Below are positions 60,261-64,000 of a stretch of 64,000 nt of DNA, piece by piece (the first letter of the stretch is position 1; every line of letters begins with the position of its first letter). A program made the translations under genes and the position numbers. Origin of the DNA: Felis catus (Eukaryota); assembly GCF_018350175.1 (NCBI RefSeq), contig NC_058382.1:53136001-53200000 (forward strand), read 5' to 3'. The notes beneath the pieces were generated by a model, which saw only the letters and a list, made by a program, of their open reading frames with translations, ran no database searches and had not been told where the DNA came from.

Positions 60261-60929
60261 CTCAGGTAAAAGGGTTCCCCCTTCGTGTTCCTGAAGCCCA
60301 CAGCACGTCACGGGACCCAGACCTGGGCCTCGGCAAAGCCACACTTTGCTACATGTCATGGCCCTTCTGCAGCTCAAGAACTGTCCAAGCTGCGACTCTG
60401 AGATCCCCAGTCATTTAATACGCTTCTTTTCCCATGAAGGATTTGAAGGAGCTTAGGGGAAATGCACAAAGATAGTATAACTGGGAAAGATGCATCGGTA
60501 TAACCAGAACAAATAGAAATCCAATGAGAAGGGCAGTCAAAGGAAGGGGCTGGTGACGTTTCGCCGTCCTGGCTAACGAAAATCTCTAACTCGCTGTGTT
60601 TTGCTCTCTGCTCTGGCCACCAGGAAGCTCAAAACCATGTTTGCAGCTCAACCGTTTCTTCTGTTCAGAACGCAGCTCTGAGCTTCGCGGTGGCAGTTAC
60701 GCACCAGGCCCGTGCGGGCAATGACCCTTTTGCAGCCCTTCGTTCTTCAATAATGGGATTGAGCGGGACACCCAGGTCCCTTAAAGGAGCTCAGAGAGGA
60801 GAGAGGCATAATCTCACACTCGAACAGGGAAGGGCCTACGACGTGGAGCCCGGAGGGAACGCTGAAACTGGCTTCCATTCTCTATGCACCTGCCACCGCT
60901 CATGTGCACCCAGGTTCTGCTGAGCACCA

Positions 60930-61195
60930 CCCACTGAATGCAGGTCCCCCAGGAAATCCAAGGCAGGGCCATGAGTTAGGCTCACAGTGTTTTTAAAAAC
61001 CGGGAAATTTCACAGGTGTTTAAAAATCCAGACGTTTTTCTTCCTTCTTAGTAAATCAGAAAGATCTAACACCACCGGTCCCCTGCGTCCTCAGGCAGAA
61101 GTGACGGACTACAGCTGCCCCTTTACACGGAACACAGGGCCCCAGTTTGCCCCAGTCCTTCCCACTCTCTCTTCTCCTGCCATCAGCCCCCTGTA
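60930..61195. mobile_element. MER102-like hAT-Charlie element
   Basis: tttaaaaaccgggaaatttcaca...aaaaatccaga...aaatcagaaagatctaacac...gctgcccctttacacgg...ccagtttgccccagtcc. Confidence 0.65.
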
Positions 61196-61459
61196 GGTGC
61201 TGAGCTGTGGGTCCTGATCCATTAGCACCTTCAGAGGGAGGTGGCAGAGGAGTGACCGTTCTCCCCATTGTACAGGTCAAGGAACTAAAGCCCAGAGGCA
61301 AATAGGCTCTGATGGGAAGAAAGCTCCCTGACTCGCGCAGTAAACAACGCGTGCAACCGCATACCGGCCCCTTCAAGGTGGAGCGAATTGCCAGCGTCTG
61401 CAGACCGTGGTGAAGTTTAAATAAAATAATAAAATACAGTATGCATGGTGACTAACACA

Positions 61460-61910
61460 CAGTGGTATGCTTATAAATGTTTAACACTAAGCTCACTGCA
61501 GGAGGGAAACCCTAATTTGTAACGTTTGCCAATTTCTGTTGTGTAAATGCTTCCATCATGGCTCATTTCAAGTTACCAATGTGAAGTCAACTGAAAATTT
61601 AACGACTGGCTCTTAAGGACCAGTTACAAGCAAGATACAGTTCATTACCATGCTGGCTGGTGCTGGCTTAAAAGAGCCAACTGTGAAATTTATACGTGAT
61701 GTTTTATACTATATGGTATGTTACATTTTGTTATGTTATATATTATACTTATAAAAGCATACTATATTCTTTTAATACATAATATATCTTTAATACATAA
61801 TTTAAATAGGAAAGATATCATTTTAATAAATGATATATGGTTTTAATAGATAACGGGAGTTCATAAATACTTTATTCCCTGTTAAAGATTATGTAATAAA
61901 ATAAATGCTA
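61460..61910. mobile_element. MER63-family (hAT) element(s), probably two abutting copies
   Basis: ccctaatttgtaacgtttgccaatttctgttgtgtaaatgcttccatcatggctcatttcaagttacca; second start tgctgg...aagagccaactgt followed by an AT-rich body. Confidence 0.65.
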
Positions 61911-62285
61911 CATTTTAAAAGATTATAAAGAAAAAAGTAGAACACCCATAAACGTTCATTTCTTCCTTTCCTTGCTGTAAAATGCAGGTGCAGGTGTCAG
62001 GCCAGTCCTTCCTCCGCCCCCTCCGAGCCCCACTTCCAAGGGGTAGAATCCAAAGAAAAATCCAGATCCAGGTAGGGATGCTTCAGTAGCGCATTTGGGT
62101 GGATTCCTGAGAAGCAATGACTTCTTCACGGCCTAGAGCTGCTGATGGGATCTTGCCAAGGCCCGGATTCTGCCGCTTATCTGATGGGAGCCACCAGCCC
62201 TCGGCCCCAGGAGGGCGGACAGAGATGCTACCTGTCCCAGAACGGCACACCTTAACCCATGAGGCTCTCTTGCTACGACTCCACT

Positions 62286-62395
62286 GACACACACACACTC
62301 ACACACACACACACACACAATACCTGCAGACACACACCTGTGTGTGGATACACGTGCACACACGTTCTCAAACACACCTGTGTATACACACACAT
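62286..62395. repeat. Degenerate (CA)n tract
   Basis: Directly visible. Confidence 0.85.
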
Positions 62396-62441
62396 GGAAT
62401 TTTTCTTTAGAATCGTCCTGCAAATGATAATCATAGATTGA

Positions 62442-62656
62442 GGGGCGCCTGGGTGGCTCAGCCGGTTAAGTATCCGACTTTGGCTCAGGTCATGATCTCG
62501 AAGTTCATGAGTTCGAGCCCCGTGTCAGGCTCTGTGTTGACAGCTCAGAGCCTGGACCCCGCTTTGGATCCAGTGTCTCCCTCTCTCTCTGTCCCTTCCC
62601 GCTCACACTCCGACTCTCTCTCTCCCAAAAATGGATAAACTTCAAAAACAAAATCT
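62442..62656 (+). mobile_element. CAN-SINE
   Basis: TSD ataat(c/g)ataga(t/c)tga at 62427-62441 and 62657-62671. Confidence 0.95.
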
Positions 62657-62829
62657 ATAATGATAGACTGAAAGCCTCTATACTCCCCAAATTCAAGGGC
62701 ACTGCCTCAGACTTAGGAAACCACGCGCCTTCTGTGATCCAATAAATGCCATCGACAGAGAAGAATTTTTCACAGTTAATCATCCGTTGGGCTTTCACTA
62801 CGAGCCCCCAATTTCACGTACATCCACCC

Positions 62830-62990
62830 ACTCACTCCATCCTTGCAGCCAAGACAGAGGCTGTGTTTTCATCCCCCATTTTTCCAAGAGGAAACCGAGG
62901 CCCAGGAAGTCGGATCAGTGTGCGAAGGGTCACAGAGCCGGCCCAGCAGCAGACTTTCCGGCTAGTCTACTCGAAGGGCATTCTTCTCTT
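62830..62990 (-). mobile_element. MIR fragment
   Basis: atccccatttttccaagaggaaaccgaggcccagga...aagggtcacagagc. Confidence 0.75.
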
Positions 62991-64000
62991 CTCCTGGGCT
63001 TCATCCTTCAAGCCTCTATGCCAGGAGGGCGCTGGTTTTAGGATTTTCCTCAGAAGTCAGTCTGCCCCCGAATCACATGGAGATGACTGGCCCCAACTGC
63101 CCAGCAGTGACAGAATCCTGTTTTGTCTCTGGCGCATTCTAGGTCGTTTTCCAGTGTAACCAACACATTCAGCCCTCTGTGGCACGGAAGTGTGAGAGGT
63201 GAGGAAGGTGGAGTGACTCACAGAGGGCCCCACCCCAGCGAGGAAAGAAAGGGATGGCCTCCCATTAAAGGGAGGGGGGCTGCTCTTGGGAAAACGCTTT
63301 AGACAAGAAGGCGCAAGCAACACAATAGATTTGTACCAAAGGGTTATTTCCCACCTCATTCACCCCACTTGGCTACAGCTCACTTCCGCAAGTTTCTCCA
63401 AATGGGATTCACTTACCAAGGATTTGCCGGTCGCGAGGGTATTTAAAAAGGAGACCCCTGTGCCAACCTCTGTCTTGCGACCGATCGCACATTCCACGAG
63501 CGGGTTTCACGGACCCTCTGCTCCCAAGAGGACCTTGAACCCCCTCGGAGGCTGGGGCTGTGTCGCCAGCCTGACATCCTCAGTGCCTGGTGAGAGTCGG
63601 GACAAGTTCAAGGGTGGAGCTGAAGGGATCTAGGAGGCAGGGTTCTCACTGTGTTAAGCAAAGGGGCATTCCTCCACGGGGAGAATGCACATCACCCAGG
63701 GGGACTCTTTCCCCAGGCCCCATACCCACTTGCCAGAGAGAGATCTGCGTGTTCAGAAATCTTGACCTTCAGAGTCACTGGTTGGGGTGTTTTCAGAAGT
63801 TGTTCAGACAGAAACAAAATGGTCAGAGGGGCCCTGGTTCTCTCGCTAACTTTAGCAACCGTCCCGGCCACCCAGAGAGTGCGTGTCAGGGACTAAGAAC
63901 GGGAGGAAGCCCCGTGGGTGTGCATGCACCTGTCTGCAGACGTGTGTGTACCTTACACGCCCTAGTAGGGCAGAGAGCGTGTCGTAAGGAAAACGTAGGG

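Noticed and set aside
1..64000. Assignment to a named gene or locus
   Set aside because: No exon was recognised; a genome BLAST or lift-over is required

Overview
Mammalian nuclear DNA, almost certainly from a felid: it carries about 25 tRNA-derived CAN-SINEs, including young SINEC_Fc-type copies, and a felid-type L1 3' end. I see no credible protein-coding exon, RNA gene or CRISPR array. The only ORF translations I recognise are retroelement relics: a CR1/L3 reverse-transcriptase motif at about 13.3-13.5 kb and an L1 ORF2p C-terminus at about 52.9-53.1 kb. The window reads as a GC-rich gene desert or large intron. It is paved with old repeats (MIR, L2, L3/CR1, old L1, MaLR and ERVL solo LTRs, hAT-family MER elements) and interrupted by several repeat-free, AT-richer islands dense in homeodomain/FOX/SOX/MEIS-type motifs that look like developmental enhancers. 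The host locus cannot be identified from sequence alone. The most notable structures are a four-part nested SINE pile-up with nested target-site duplications (58.75-59.54 kb), a roughly 2.2-kb L3 fossil with three later insertions, and the candidate enhancer archipelago. I found no evidence of a novel coding system. Repeat family names come from recalled consensus sequences rather than a database search, and boundaries of old repeats are approximate.
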